Assembly (NCBI GenBank): GCA_023392995.1 | Contig: JAEWMZ010000249.1 | Coordinates: 5,199 to 69,198, forward strand | Direction: 5' to 3' | Length of the DNA: 64,000 nt | Source: Bacillota bacterium | GTDB lineage: Bacteria > Bacillota > Clostridia > Lachnospirales > Lachnospiraceae | Shown: piece by piece, positions 47,750 to 57,540 of the stretch | Numbering within the stretch: the stretch's first letter is position 1 | Layout: each line of letters begins with the position of its first letter | Made by a program: the position numbers and the translations under genes | Notes under the pieces: generated by a model | The model's database searches: none | Told to the model about the DNA's origin: nothing | The model's input: the letters and a program-made list of their open reading frames with translations, nothing else

Positions 47750-50473
47750 ATGAAACCAAATGTATTAAGATGCGAATTTCTCGTGAACCCAATTGGAATA
47801 GACTCAACCAAACCGAGACTGTTTTGGAAATTTGATTTAGAAGCAGAAGTATATGGAGCAAAACAAACAGCTTATCAAATTCAAGCGGCACAGAGCCCGG
47901 AGAGTTTACTAAAAGGGGAATTCATTTGGGATTCAGGTAAAGTTGTTAGTGATGAAAGTAATCATATCCTTTATCAAGGAAAGGATTTGAAAAGCCGTGA
48001 GCGCATTTATTGGCAGGTAAAGGTATGGGATCAGGATAAGCAGGAGGGAGAATGGAGCGAACCTGCCTTCTTTGAACTGGGACTTTTAAAGCCGCAAGAT
48101 TGGAAAGCGGCATGGATTAATCCGGAAAAAGAAACAGATCCGGTTGTTCGTTATCCTGCCTCCTATCTGAGAAATGAATTTCAATTAGAAGAAAAAGTAA
48201 AAAAGGCAAGACTATATATAACTTCCTGTGGTATCTACGAAGCATGGCTGAATGGAACAAGAGTTGGAGACCAGGTATTCACACCCGGAGCAACCAGCTA
48301 CAATAAGAGATTACAATACCAGACCTATGATGTTACCGGACTATTGGAAAAGGGTAAGAATGCAATTGGTGCAATACTTGGTGATGGCTGGTATCGCGGA
48401 AGCTTGGGTAATGCTGGTAACAAAAATGTCTATGGAACGAATGTATTATTATTGGCACAACTTGAAATAGAGTTAAATAACGGTAAGATGACTACAATTG
48501 TAACAGATAAGTCCTGGAAAGCAACAAAGGAAGGGCCGATTCTCTTAAGCGACTTACAGGATGGAGAAATGTACGATGCCGCTAAAGAGATGTTAGGCTG
48601 GAGCAATGTTGGTTTTAATGATAATAATTGGTCGAATGTATTGATCGGCAATCAGGATTATAAGATTTTGGTGGGTTCTAATAGTGTTCCGATTCGGGAA
48701 AAAGAACAATTTTCACCCAAAGTTTTGCATACGCCGGATGGTAATACTGTATTGGATTTTGGACAGAATATGGCTGGGTATGTTAACTTTAAGGTAAAAG
48801 GTGCAAAAGGTCACAAGGTTACTTTAATTCATGGTGAGGCATTGGATCAGAATGGGAATTTTACAATGGAGCACCTGAATAACACTTCAAGACCAAAGAC
48901 GAATCCTCTGAAACAGGAGATTCAGTATACCTTAAAAGGAGAGAGAACGGAGGAATATAAGCCTCATTTCACAATTCATGGGTTCCAGTATGTTTTGGTA
49001 AAAGACTGGCCGGAAGAGGTTAATCCGGAAAACTTTACAGCAATTGCGGTATATTCCGATATGACGCAGACCGGAGAATTTGAATGCTCTAATCCACTAA
49101 TCAATAAGTTGGTAAGTAATACCTTATGGAGTCAGAAATCAAACTTTGTAGATATACCGGTGGATTGCCCTCAAAGAGAAAGGGCAGCCTGGACAGGAGA
49201 TGCTCAGGTATTTGCCAGAACAGGAAGTACACTGATGGATGCAGCTTCCTTCTACAGCAAATGGATGAAGGATGTTGCAGTACAGCAAAAAGAAGATGGC
49301 ATGATTAAAAACATAGCTCCAGCCATAAGCAGCGGAAAAGATGTAATGGCAACAGTTGAGGGTTCTGCAGGATGGGGAGATGCTGCGGTAATTATTCCCT
49401 GGACTATGTATCAGGTTTATGGTGATAAAAGAATTCTGGAAGAACAATGGGACAGTATGAAGGCTTGGGTGGATTATGAGGCAAAGCTTGCAAGAAAGTC
49501 CCATTGGAGTCGCATTTTTAAAAGAAATCCATATCGGAAATATACCTGGGATACCAAGTTCCACTGGGGTGAATGGGCAGAGCCTGCATCTGAAGACCAT
49601 CCCCAAGATGATATTATGCATAATGTATTATTTTCCGTTCCAGAGGTTGCAACTGCATATTTTGCTCATTCCAGTGAACTTTTATCAAAAATAGCTGATA
49701 TTTTAGGTAAGAAAGATGAAGCTGCAAAGTATAAAGAACTTTCGGAAAATGTTAAGAAGGCGTATCTGTATAACTTTACGGATAATGGAAAAATTGAATC
49801 CTCAAGACAATGTCTCTATGTAAGACCATTAGCATTTGGACTTCTTCCGGAAGATAAGAGACAGCAGGCGGCAGATAATTTGAATACGCTGGTTGTAAAG
49901 AGAGATTATCACGTGGGCACAGGATTTCTTTCCACTCAGTTCCTTTGCAAGGTGCTTTGTGATTATGGATATGTAGAGACCGCATATAAGCTAGTAGAAC
50001 AGACCAGAATGCCTAGCTGGTTATATCCGATTACCAGAGGAGCCACTTCAATATGGGAACAATGGGATGGTATTAATGAAAGTAACGTTGTAAGAGAATC
50101 CTTGAATCATTATTCTCCCGGTGCTGTTGTTGGATGGTTTTTCCAGTATGTTGCCGGAATTGATCTGGATTCCGAGAGTATAGCATATAAGAACTTTGTA
50201 ATAGCACCAAAGCCGGGCGGTTCTTTAACAAAGGCCAGAGGAGTATACGACAGCATTTGTGGTAAGATTGAAAGTGATTGGGAAAGAACTGATACACAAT
50301 TTACCTTAAAGGTTCAAATACCACCCAATACTTCAGCTAAGGTGGTTCTTCCCTGCAAGGACGTTGCGAAAGTTAAAATATTACAAGGGAGAGCAGAAAG
50401 CAAAGAATTATATCTTGAAAATAATTTAGTAAGCATCAATTTGGAATCCGGCAGATATGAATTTGCTTGTTAA
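47750..50473 (+). CDS. GH78 alpha-L-rhamnosidase family protein
   Basis: AGGAGG RBS; DFGQN, PVDCPQRERAAWTGD, GATSIWEQW, SLNHY. Confidence 0.92.
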   Translation: MKPNVLRCEFLVNPIGIDSTKPRLFWKFDLEAEVYGAKQTAYQIQAAQSPESLLKGEFIWDSGKVVSDESNHILYQGKDLKSRERIYWQVKVWDQDKQEGEWSEPAFFELGLLKPQDWKAAWINPEKETDPVVRYPASYLRNEFQLEEKVKKARLYITSCGIYEAWLNGTRVGDQVFTPGATSYNKRLQYQTYDVTGLLEKGKNAIGAILGDGWYRGSLGNAGNKNVYGTNVLLLAQLEIELNNGKMTTIVTDKSWKATKEGPILLSDLQDGEMYDAAKEMLGWSNVGFNDNNWSNVLIGNQDYKILVGSNSVPIREKEQFSPKVLHTPDGNTVLDFGQNMAGYVNFKVKGAKGHKVTLIHGEALDQNGNFTMEHLNNTSRPKTNPLKQEIQYTLKGERTEEYKPHFTIHGFQYVLVKDWPEEVNPENFTAIAVYSDMTQTGEFECSNPLINKLVSNTLWSQKSNFVDIPVDCPQRERAAWTGDAQVFARTGSTLMDAASFYSKWMKDVAVQQKEDGMIKNIAPAISSGKDVMATVEGSAGWGDAAVIIPWTMYQVYGDKRILEEQWDSMKAWVDYEAKLARKSHWSRIFKRNPYRKYTWDTKFHWGEWAEPASEDHPQDDIMHNVLFSVPEVATAYFAHSSELLSKIADILGKKDEAAKYKELSENVKKAYLYNFTDNGKIESSRQCLYVRPLAFGLLPEDKRQQAADNLNTLVVKRDYHVGTGFLSTQFLCKVLCDYGYVETAYKLVEQTRMPSWLYPITRGATSIWEQWDGINESNVVRESLNHYSPGAVVGWFFQYVAGIDLDSESIAYKNFVIAPKPGGSLTKARGVYDSICGKIESDWERTDTQFTLKVQIPPNTSAKVVLPCKDVAKVKILQGRAESKELYLENNLVSINLESGRYEFAC

Positions 50474-50491
50474 ATAATTAAGAAACGATAA

Positions 50492-50545
50492 ATAAAGATA
50501 GCTCCAATGTATCTTGCAGATAAGACACATTGGGGCTATCTTTAT
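50492..50545. terminator. Bidirectional terminator
   Basis: ATAAAGATAGCTCCAATGT / ACATTGGGGCTATCTTTAT between convergent genes. Confidence 0.75.
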
Positions 50546-50563
50546 ATTATAAAATAGTGGTTA

Positions 50564-51151
50564 TCAAATTTTCTTCATAAAAATTTCTGAATTAATTAAC
50601 TTGGTTAATAAATTTTTTGCTTCTGCACTGGTCTCCTCTACGGTTCGTTTTTGATGAATACTTTCAATAATAAAAGCACTCATTCCGTGATAAAGGAAAC
50701 TGGAAATCTTATTGGAAGGATAATTGAAATTAATCCTATTGTCTTCATTAAAATGTTTGATGTATAAGTCCAGCTGTTTTTTAAGATAATTATTAAGCGC
50801 ATAGGAAGGATATGGGTTTTCTTCCGGTGTAAGATGTGAGAAAAAGTTACGATTATCATCCATCTTCTTAATATTGCATTCTAATAAATTACATAATCCA
50901 GAAACATATTCTTCGAGAACATTATTACAGGGTTGGGACTCAATGACAACTTCTCCAATAAAGTCCTGAAAGATTTCATCAATCAGTTCATACTTATCAT
51001 TGTAATGATTATAAAAAGTAATACGGCTCGTATCAGATCTGTCACACAATTCTTTCACAGTTATTTTTTCAAAAGTTTTCTCTTCCAGCAATGAAATTAA
51101 AGTATGTTTCAAAATAATCTTTGTTTTCTTAATACGTTTATCCTCTAACAT
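50564..51151 (-). CDS. TetR/AcrR family regulator
   Basis: DKRIKKTK, ITVKELC...SRITFYNHY. Confidence 0.92.
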   Translation of the reverse strand: MLEDKRIKKTKIILKHTLISLLEEKTFEKITVKELCDRSDTSRITFYNHYNDKYELIDEIFQDFIGEVVIESQPCNNVLEEYVSGLCNLLECNIKKMDDNRNFFSHLTPEENPYPSYALNNYLKKQLDLYIKHFNEDNRINFNYPSNKISSFLYHGMSAFIIESIHQKRTVEETSAEAKNLLTKLINSEIFMKKI

Positions 51152-51462
51152 ATTTTACACACTCCTTAATTTGTTATAATAACTAACATAATTGCATAAC
51201 TGTAATTGTTGCTAATGGACAGATTTAATATAATTATAAACATATGTTGAGTTATTGGCAATAATTATTGGAGGAAACTATAATGGAACAAATGCTAAGA
51301 AAAAGATTATAACATAAGTTTTTTAGTAGCTAAATCAAATCCGAGGAAGTGTTAAAGAGGGAAAAGTGGATTGGTTATCCGGTGGGACAACAAACAATAA
51401 AACAAGCAACTTAGTGCCTGCAATCCAAAGTTAGCGGCTTTAAAGAAAGGAAGTGTTATAAA

Positions 51463-52545
51463 ATGAAATACAATAGTATTCAGCCAGGTTTGAAAGAGTG
51501 GCAAGACACGGATGGAAAGAAGATACAGGCGCATGGATTTTCTGTTATTTGGGATGAAAATGAAAAAAAATATTACTGGTATGGTGAAAATAAGGAATTT
51601 TCTAAAAAGGGCGGTCATATCTGGACCTACGGAATTCGCCTCTATTCCTCCGAGGATTTTTATAATTGGAAAGATGAGGGCTTTATAATTCCTCCCGAAA
51701 CGGATCCTTTCTCGCCGTTGGAGCCCGGTAAATGTTTAGATCGTCCCCATATTATTTATTGCGCAAAAACAAAGAAATATGTGGCATGGTTGAAGATTAT
51801 GAGTGGAGGAGAAAACAGCCAGTACATGACGATAATGCAGTCAGATAGCTTTAAAGGACCGTATGAGTTTGTGAATAAATGCTATAAACCTCTTCAAATG
51901 GATAGCGGTGATTTTGATTTGTATGTGGATGAGGAAACTGGCAAAGGCTATTATTGGTTTGAACGTCCGCATTTCGAAATGATCTGTGCAACGCTTAATG
52001 AAGAATTTACTGGTGTGACGGGAGAATTTTCGATACATTTTCCTGACATACTGCCTCCTTATACCAGAGAGGCTCCAACCCATTTTATGAGAAACGGAAA
52101 ACATTACTTATTTACCTCAGGTACAAGCGGCTATTATCCAAATAAGACGAAGGTTGCTGTATTTGATGATTACCATGGAGAATATACTGATCTTGGTGAT
52201 CCTTGTATCGGTGACAAGGCAGAAAATACATTCTGTGCGCAAATTACGGATGTTATTAAAATTCCAGGTAAGAAGGACTTGTATGTGGCGGTGGCAGATC
52301 GATGGAAGCCGGGACATAACAGTAAAATTATGACGATGTCAACGCAAAAAGTAATGGAAAAGATGTTTAAAAACTACCAGCCGGATAGAACCCCTAAGCC
52401 GGAGGGAACTCTTTTAGATTCGTCGGAAGACAAACATACTGATGATACTTATAAATCAACCTATGTATGGCTTCCCATAGAGTGGGAAGGTGATAAGCCA
52501 GTACTTCGGTGGCATAAGGAGTGGAAATTGGAAAATTATAACTGA
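51463..52545 (+). CDS. GH43 family glycoside hydrolase (resembles the exo-beta-1,3-galactanase-like group)
   Basis: IQAHG, YYWYGE, DRPH, REAP, TSGYYPN, ADRW, YVWLPI. Confidence 0.8.
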   Translation: MKYNSIQPGLKEWQDTDGKKIQAHGFSVIWDENEKKYYWYGENKEFSKKGGHIWTYGIRLYSSEDFYNWKDEGFIIPPETDPFSPLEPGKCLDRPHIIYCAKTKKYVAWLKIMSGGENSQYMTIMQSDSFKGPYEFVNKCYKPLQMDSGDFDLYVDEETGKGYYWFERPHFEMICATLNEEFTGVTGEFSIHFPDILPPYTREAPTHFMRNGKHYLFTSGTSGYYPNKTKVAVFDDYHGEYTDLGDPCIGDKAENTFCAQITDVIKIPGKKDLYVAVADRWKPGHNSKIMTMSTQKVMEKMFKNYQPDRTPKPEGTLLDSSEDKHTDDTYKSTYVWLPIEWEGDKPVLRWHKEWKLENYN

Positions 52546-52668
52546 TACAAAGATATCAGCGGGTTGCAGATCAATGGCCGAATGAAGGATGGTAGCATGC
52601 AGGGACTGCTGGAAATGGCCAATGGACATTACATTCGTGGCATCCGCGGGATGATTAAGGGAGAATAA
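52546..52668 (+). pseudogene. Probable C-terminal remnant of another hydrolase (GH3-like tail)
   Basis: SGLQINGRMKDGSMQGLLEMANGHYIRGIRGMIKGE*; more GC-rich than its flanks; resemblance to GH3 tails is from recall. Confidence 0.4.
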
Positions 52669-52712
52669 GAATGTTAAGCGCATAGACTAAAAATGTCTGT
52701 TCCCAATACAGC

Positions 52713-52840
52713 AAAAGGCAGTCCATGAGGGCTGCCTTTAAAGTTATGAATTTCAATACTTTTTGCCAATGTAATTCATTAATATATGAAATCAAAGGTT
52801 AAATCAGTAGGTAACACTCCTGAACAAAATTAAATATCCT
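52713..52840 (+). repeat. 128-bp direct repeat, copy 1 (contains an AAAGGCAG..CTGCCTTT terminator-like hairpin)
   Basis: Near-identical to 55756-55883. Confidence 0.95.
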
Positions 52841-52884
52841 TATTATTAAAGGTTCACTTATAATAACAAATGTAGAAATTTATA

Positions 52885-53931
52885 TCAAATATTATTCTTT
52901 TTCCGGATATCACCAGGGAGCATCTGAAATTTTTCTTTGAATTTCTGATAGAAAAATCCCTGATTGTGATATCCGATTTTTTCTGCTATTTTTTCGATAG
53001 AATCATCAGTTGTCTCAATAAGACGTAAGGCTTCGGTCAGACGAATATTCTGGATATAGGAAGATAAGGTACCACAACCAGCTTTTCGAAAAATGCGATT
53101 TAGATAGTCAGGGTTGTAATGGAACATTTCTCCAATTTCGGAAACAGATACATCGGCATAATAATGGTTTACATAGCTTTGAATATCCAAAACTAAAGCA
53201 TGATGAAGATCCGCTGCATCATCGGTGGTGACCTGCATATGAAATTCTTTGGTAAGAAGGTCCAGGATACGTTCTACAGAACCTATAATTAACCTTTTTT
53301 TTCCATGGAGGTTGGTCTGTAATTCGGTAAGAATTGTTGTAAAAGCTTGAATTGTTGATGGAGTCTCGCCAATAGGAGAAAAACGCACATAAAGATACTG
53401 AGAGCGTTTTTGGTTAATTAGTTTTTTTAAAGCTAACGTATAATCAAAAGAATCAGAACCATTAATAAACTGCTCAAAAAAGCTGTCATCCACTCCAAGA
53501 TAAAGTAGGGTGCATTCTTCATTATACAGGTATTCTCCATGGGAAATGCCTGCATTAATAAGCAGTAATTCACCCTGGGAAAGTGTTAGGTGCTTGTCTT
53601 CTACATGTATTTTCAGTGTGCCATTTACAACGTAGGCAAGCTCGATATGATTGTGTGCGTGATCAGCACAGCGCATACCGTTTGGAAAAGGTATTTTCCA
53701 GGCATAAAAAGCTGGCGCAGACAAAAGCGCATAAAAAATTTCCTGTACGCAGTCTACACCGGTGTGCCATCCTGTCAGAGTGACCAAGTCATACATGATA
53801 CGATGTTGTTCATCTGCATGAAAATGGTAAGTGTTGCTCATGATGGTCTGATGTTCTTCATAGGTTTTTGGTATTGGTTGATTATTTGTAGCTTTCTCTA
53901 TACATTCACATAAAATCTGTTTAATATTCAT
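52885..53931 (-). CDS. AraC family regulator (cupin type), divergent from the GH35-like gene
   Basis: HAHNHIELAYV cupin; YLNRIF, GYHNQGFFY HTH. Confidence 0.9.
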   Translation of the reverse strand: MNIKQILCECIEKATNNQPIPKTYEEHQTIMSNTYHFHADEQHRIMYDLVTLTGWHTGVDCVQEIFYALLSAPAFYAWKIPFPNGMRCADHAHNHIELAYVVNGTLKIHVEDKHLTLSQGELLLINAGISHGEYLYNEECTLLYLGVDDSFFEQFINGSDSFDYTLALKKLINQKRSQYLYVRFSPIGETPSTIQAFTTILTELQTNLHGKKRLIIGSVERILDLLTKEFHMQVTTDDAADLHHALVLDIQSYVNHYYADVSVSEIGEMFHYNPDYLNRIFRKAGCGTLSSYIQNIRLTEALRLIETTDDSIEKIAEKIGYHNQGFFYQKFKEKFQMLPGDIRKKNNI

Positions 53932-54133
53932 AAAAAAAGTATATCATTATTTAAAAAATATTACAAGAATAAAACGGATTTGGTAAGTAATAATTAGATG
54001 TAGTGTCGGCAAGTGAAATTAAAAGAGAGAATAATAAAAAATATAATAGGATTAGACAAAAAGCATTGACTAAAAAATGCTAAACAATGTCAAAGCGGAA
54101 CAAACTGAACTGAGAATAATGGAGGAGAAAGAG

Positions 54134-55723
54134 ATGAGCAGCAAAAGAACAATTTTTCAGGTAAATGGAAAGCCATTTATTGCAATCGCAGGAGAAGCGC
54201 GGAACTCAAGTGCGTCAAATGCCCAGTATATGCTGAAAGTATGGGAACGAGCAAGGGAATTAGGTTTGAATACTGTACTTCTTCCTGTATCATGGGAGTT
54301 GATTGAGCCAGTAGAAGGACAGTTTAAGTTTCAACTAATGGATGACATTATTAACCAGGCAAGAGAAAATGGAATGCATATTATTTTTCTTTGGTTCGGT
54401 AGCTGGAAAAATGCGTCATGTATGTATGCACCGGAATGGGTAAAGAAGGATATGGTACGTTTTCCAAGAGCACAGGTGGAAAAGGGAAAAAATAAAATTA
54501 GACTTGTCAACTTTTATGGAATGGAATATACCACACTTTCCTATTTAGGTGAAGAAACAAATCAGGCGGATGCAAAGGCATTTACAGAATTTATGAAACA
54601 CCTAAAGAATGTAGATGAAAAACAGCGTACCGTAATTGCCGTCCAGGTAGAAAATGAGGTCGGTATTATGGGAAGTGCCAGAGAGCATTCAGATGATGCT
54701 GATAGATTATTTGCGGAGGCTGTACCAGAGGAATTTCTTTCTTATATGAAGTATCATACTGCAGAAATGGAACATGGAATCAAAGAGGTTGTGGAAAACT
54801 GCGCTGAGAGAGGAAGCTGGGAGGAAGTATTTGGGGCGTACGCAGAAGAAGTTTTCTCTGCCTATTATATTGCAAGTTATGTGGAAAAGGTTGCTTCTGC
54901 AGGAAAAAGAGTGTATCCCCTTCCAATGACAGTAAATTGCTGGCTGGACAAGGGTGCAGAAGTGGGCATGTATCCATCTGGAGGACCAGTGGCAAAGGTA
55001 ATCGAGGTATGGAAATATGCAGCGCCATCTATAGATGTATTTGCACCAGACATCTATGTGCCAAATTTTTGTGATGTATGTGATACATATACAAAGCTGG
55101 ATAATCCGCTATTTATTCCGGAAACAGCTACTCATTCTCATGCAGCTCCACGACAGGTGTATGCAGTTGGTCATTATCATGCAACATGTTATGCTCCTTT
55201 TGGATTTGAAGATATGGGACATCCATTTGAAGATAGTGATGCATTTCTTTTCGGAATGGACACTTCAGACCCATTGCTGCAAATACCTCAGAACGTAGAC
55301 GAATACAAATGGTGTTCCAATACACTAATCAGCATGATGGAACTTATTACGAGCAAATATGGAACCACCGATTTGCAGGCGGTTATTTCCGAAAGAATAG
55401 ATCATGATGAGGAAAGTAGTACCATGATATTTGGAGAATTTGGATTTAAGATAATAATGAACATGCCAATCATAACAAGAACAGATGGCGTTTGTATGAT
55501 CGTAAAGGAAAGTGAGGATACCTTTTATATTTTGGCAAATGGATGTATTATTGCGCCATTTTCTGTGAACCCAGGTAAACCCAACTATGATATCATTTCC
55601 ATCGAAGAAGGAAAATTTGCAGATGGAAAATGGGAATCTGGACGTAGATTAAATGGGGATGAGAGTAGACTTTGTTTCAATACTTATACTTTGATAAAAT
55701 TAAAAGTTTTTGCTTATAATTAA
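54134..55723 (+). CDS. GH35-like beta-galactosidase family protein (DUF5597-type C-terminus)
   Basis: GGAGG RBS; GEARNSS, WFGSWKN, VQVENE, YPSGGP, APDIY, LFIPET, RRLNGDE. Confidence 0.85.
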   Translation: MSSKRTIFQVNGKPFIAIAGEARNSSASNAQYMLKVWERARELGLNTVLLPVSWELIEPVEGQFKFQLMDDIINQARENGMHIIFLWFGSWKNASCMYAPEWVKKDMVRFPRAQVEKGKNKIRLVNFYGMEYTTLSYLGEETNQADAKAFTEFMKHLKNVDEKQRTVIAVQVENEVGIMGSAREHSDDADRLFAEAVPEEFLSYMKYHTAEMEHGIKEVVENCAERGSWEEVFGAYAEEVFSAYYIASYVEKVASAGKRVYPLPMTVNCWLDKGAEVGMYPSGGPVAKVIEVWKYAAPSIDVFAPDIYVPNFCDVCDTYTKLDNPLFIPETATHSHAAPRQVYAVGHYHATCYAPFGFEDMGHPFEDSDAFLFGMDTSDPLLQIPQNVDEYKWCSNTLISMMELITSKYGTTDLQAVISERIDHDEESSTMIFGEFGFKIIMNMPIITRTDGVCMIVKESEDTFYILANGCIIAPFSVNPGKPNYDIISIEEGKFADGKWESGRRLNGDESRLCFNTYTLIKLKVFAYN

Positions 55724-55755
55724 AGATATAGAGCAGAACAATGAGAGGCTAGAGG

Positions 55756-55883
55756 AAAAGGCAGTCCAAGAGGGCTGCCTTTAAAGTTATGAATTTCTAT
55801 ACTTTTTGCCAATATAATTTATTAATATATGGAATCAAAGGTTAAATCAGTAGGTAACACTCCTGAACAAAATTAAATATCCT
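55756..55883 (+). repeat. 128-bp direct repeat, copy 2
   Basis: Near-identical to 52713-52840; abuts the stop codon of the AraC gene at 55882. Confidence 0.95.
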
Positions 55884-57081
55884 AATTGGAAATTGTTTTT
55901 AAACGATAGTCATTTGGAGTAATCCCTAGCTTCTTTTTAAATACATTCTGAAAATAACTTTGACTAGAGAAACATAAATAAAAACTGATTTCACTAATAG
56001 ATTTATTCGTATAGGTCAAAAGATATTTTGCTTCTTCAATTTTTCTGCTATTAATAAATTCATTGATACCAAAGCCTAGCTCCTGTTTAAATTTGCGTGA
56101 AATAAATGAGCGGCTTTTATTAACATTAGCTGCTACATCTTCAACAGTGATAGGGCGATTGGTATTTGCATTAATGTAATTAATGCATTCATATATACAT
56201 AATGAGATACCAGAAGGTATTTTCGATGCAAGTACACGCTCCGTAAAATCAAACATCAATTGATACTGCAAGTTATAAATGTCTTCTACTGAATGTAACT
56301 TTTCCATCTTCTGTATATAGACATCACTTAATTGATACGCACTTTCCATATCTAAGCCACCTTTAATCGCTGCTCTCGTAACTAAGGTTGTCCCGGCAAT
56401 AAATAGATTCTTGATTTGTCTGATACCATTATCTGCTACTACACCAGGTGTTAATACAATTGGGGCTTCCAGAAGTTTTTTTAAGGCAGCCAAATCACCA
56501 TTTTCAATAATGTTTAAGTATTGCTTTTCGAATTGATAAGTATTATGAAAATGTTGTTCTTCTTTTGCATTAAAAATTTTTGAGGTATGCTCTGTTGCTA
56601 TTGGGAAAAGAATCTTACGGTTTTTATAATCTAAGATATTTTCCATAGTAAGTGTGGTAAAATTGATAGAATAATTAAGGAAACAGAGCGTGTGAAGAAA
56701 GCGATCAAAGGTCATTTTTGGAAATCCATTAATTAATTCATTTATTTGATTCATATGGCTTAAGGAGATAGAAGCGTCCTGCATAACTTCTTTTATCATC
56801 TCTTTTGACAGTAGGACGTTGGTGGTGGGACCAATGACAACACAACTATCCTTATTTTCATCAATTTTTACGATGCCAATATATATGAATTGCTTTGTTA
56901 CGAGAAATGTAACGCTTTGAGGTTGATTTACTAAGACTTCCAGATATTTTTGAACAATATCAAGAGCTGAGTCAGCAGGAGGAAGTTGAAGCATTAGAGT
57001 ATCCTTTTCATAAAACCGTATCGGAATATTGGTGCAATTGTATAGGTAATTACAAAAGAGTATCACATCATTGTTTTTCAT
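55882..57081 (-). CDS. AraC family regulator, ~400-aa type
   Basis: TLVTRAAIKGG; YLCFSSQSYFQNVFKK...TP. Confidence 0.9.
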   Translation of the reverse strand: MKNNDVILFCNYLYNCTNIPIRFYEKDTLMLQLPPADSALDIVQKYLEVLVNQPQSVTFLVTKQFIYIGIVKIDENKDSCVVIGPTTNVLLSKEMIKEVMQDASISLSHMNQINELINGFPKMTFDRFLHTLCFLNYSINFTTLTMENILDYKNRKILFPIATEHTSKIFNAKEEQHFHNTYQFEKQYLNIIENGDLAALKKLLEAPIVLTPGVVADNGIRQIKNLFIAGTTLVTRAAIKGGLDMESAYQLSDVYIQKMEKLHSVEDIYNLQYQLMFDFTERVLASKIPSGISLCIYECINYINANTNRPITVEDVAANVNKSRSFISRKFKQELGFGINEFINSRKIEEAKYLLTYTNKSISEISFYLCFSSQSYFQNVFKKKLGITPNDYRLKTISN

Positions 57082-57264
57082 TATGTCACCTCCTTAACTA
57101 ATATTATAATACCAGACACATTTTTACAATACAAAAATAATATGCACCAATCTAATAAATTTAAAACTAATGATTTTGAAGCTTAACGAAGTTCTAGAAT
57201 GACTGGTATTAAATCTTAAAGTAATACGTTAACAGTTATTAATAATTAATGTGGAGGTGTGTTG

Positions 57265-57315
57265 ATGAAGAGTGTAACAAACATAACTCCTAAAAAATAT
57301 AGGGAAACAGAATAA
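57265..57315 (+). pseudogene. 16-aa micro-ORF resembling an AraC C-terminus
   Basis: GGAGGTG RBS + MKSVTNITPKKYRETE* (cf. FKEITGLTPKQF, KKLGITPNDYR). Confidence 0.35.
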
Positions 57316-57435
57316 AGCTTGCAGGAACTGATTTAGAGGTATCACAAATTTTCTCTTTTTACCAGACCGGTAGCTATCGTGTTGTATAAGGCTAAACAGT
57401 ATGAAAAATAATAAAATAATTCTTATCTGAAAAAG

Positions 57436-57495
57436 CACATTATTACAATAAATCACACATGCTTACAATAATTTTAGCATAATGAATGATAAAAT
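57436..57495 (+). promoter_or_regulatory. Putative AraC-activated promoter with tandem half-sites
   Basis: CACATTATTACAATA (ends 57450) and CACATGCTTACAATA (ends 57470), 19 bp, then TAAAAT (57490-57495). Confidence 0.65.
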
Positions 57496-57540
57496 ATGAA
57501 TATCAGAAAATAAGTACATATGTTTTGTAAGGAGAGGAAA

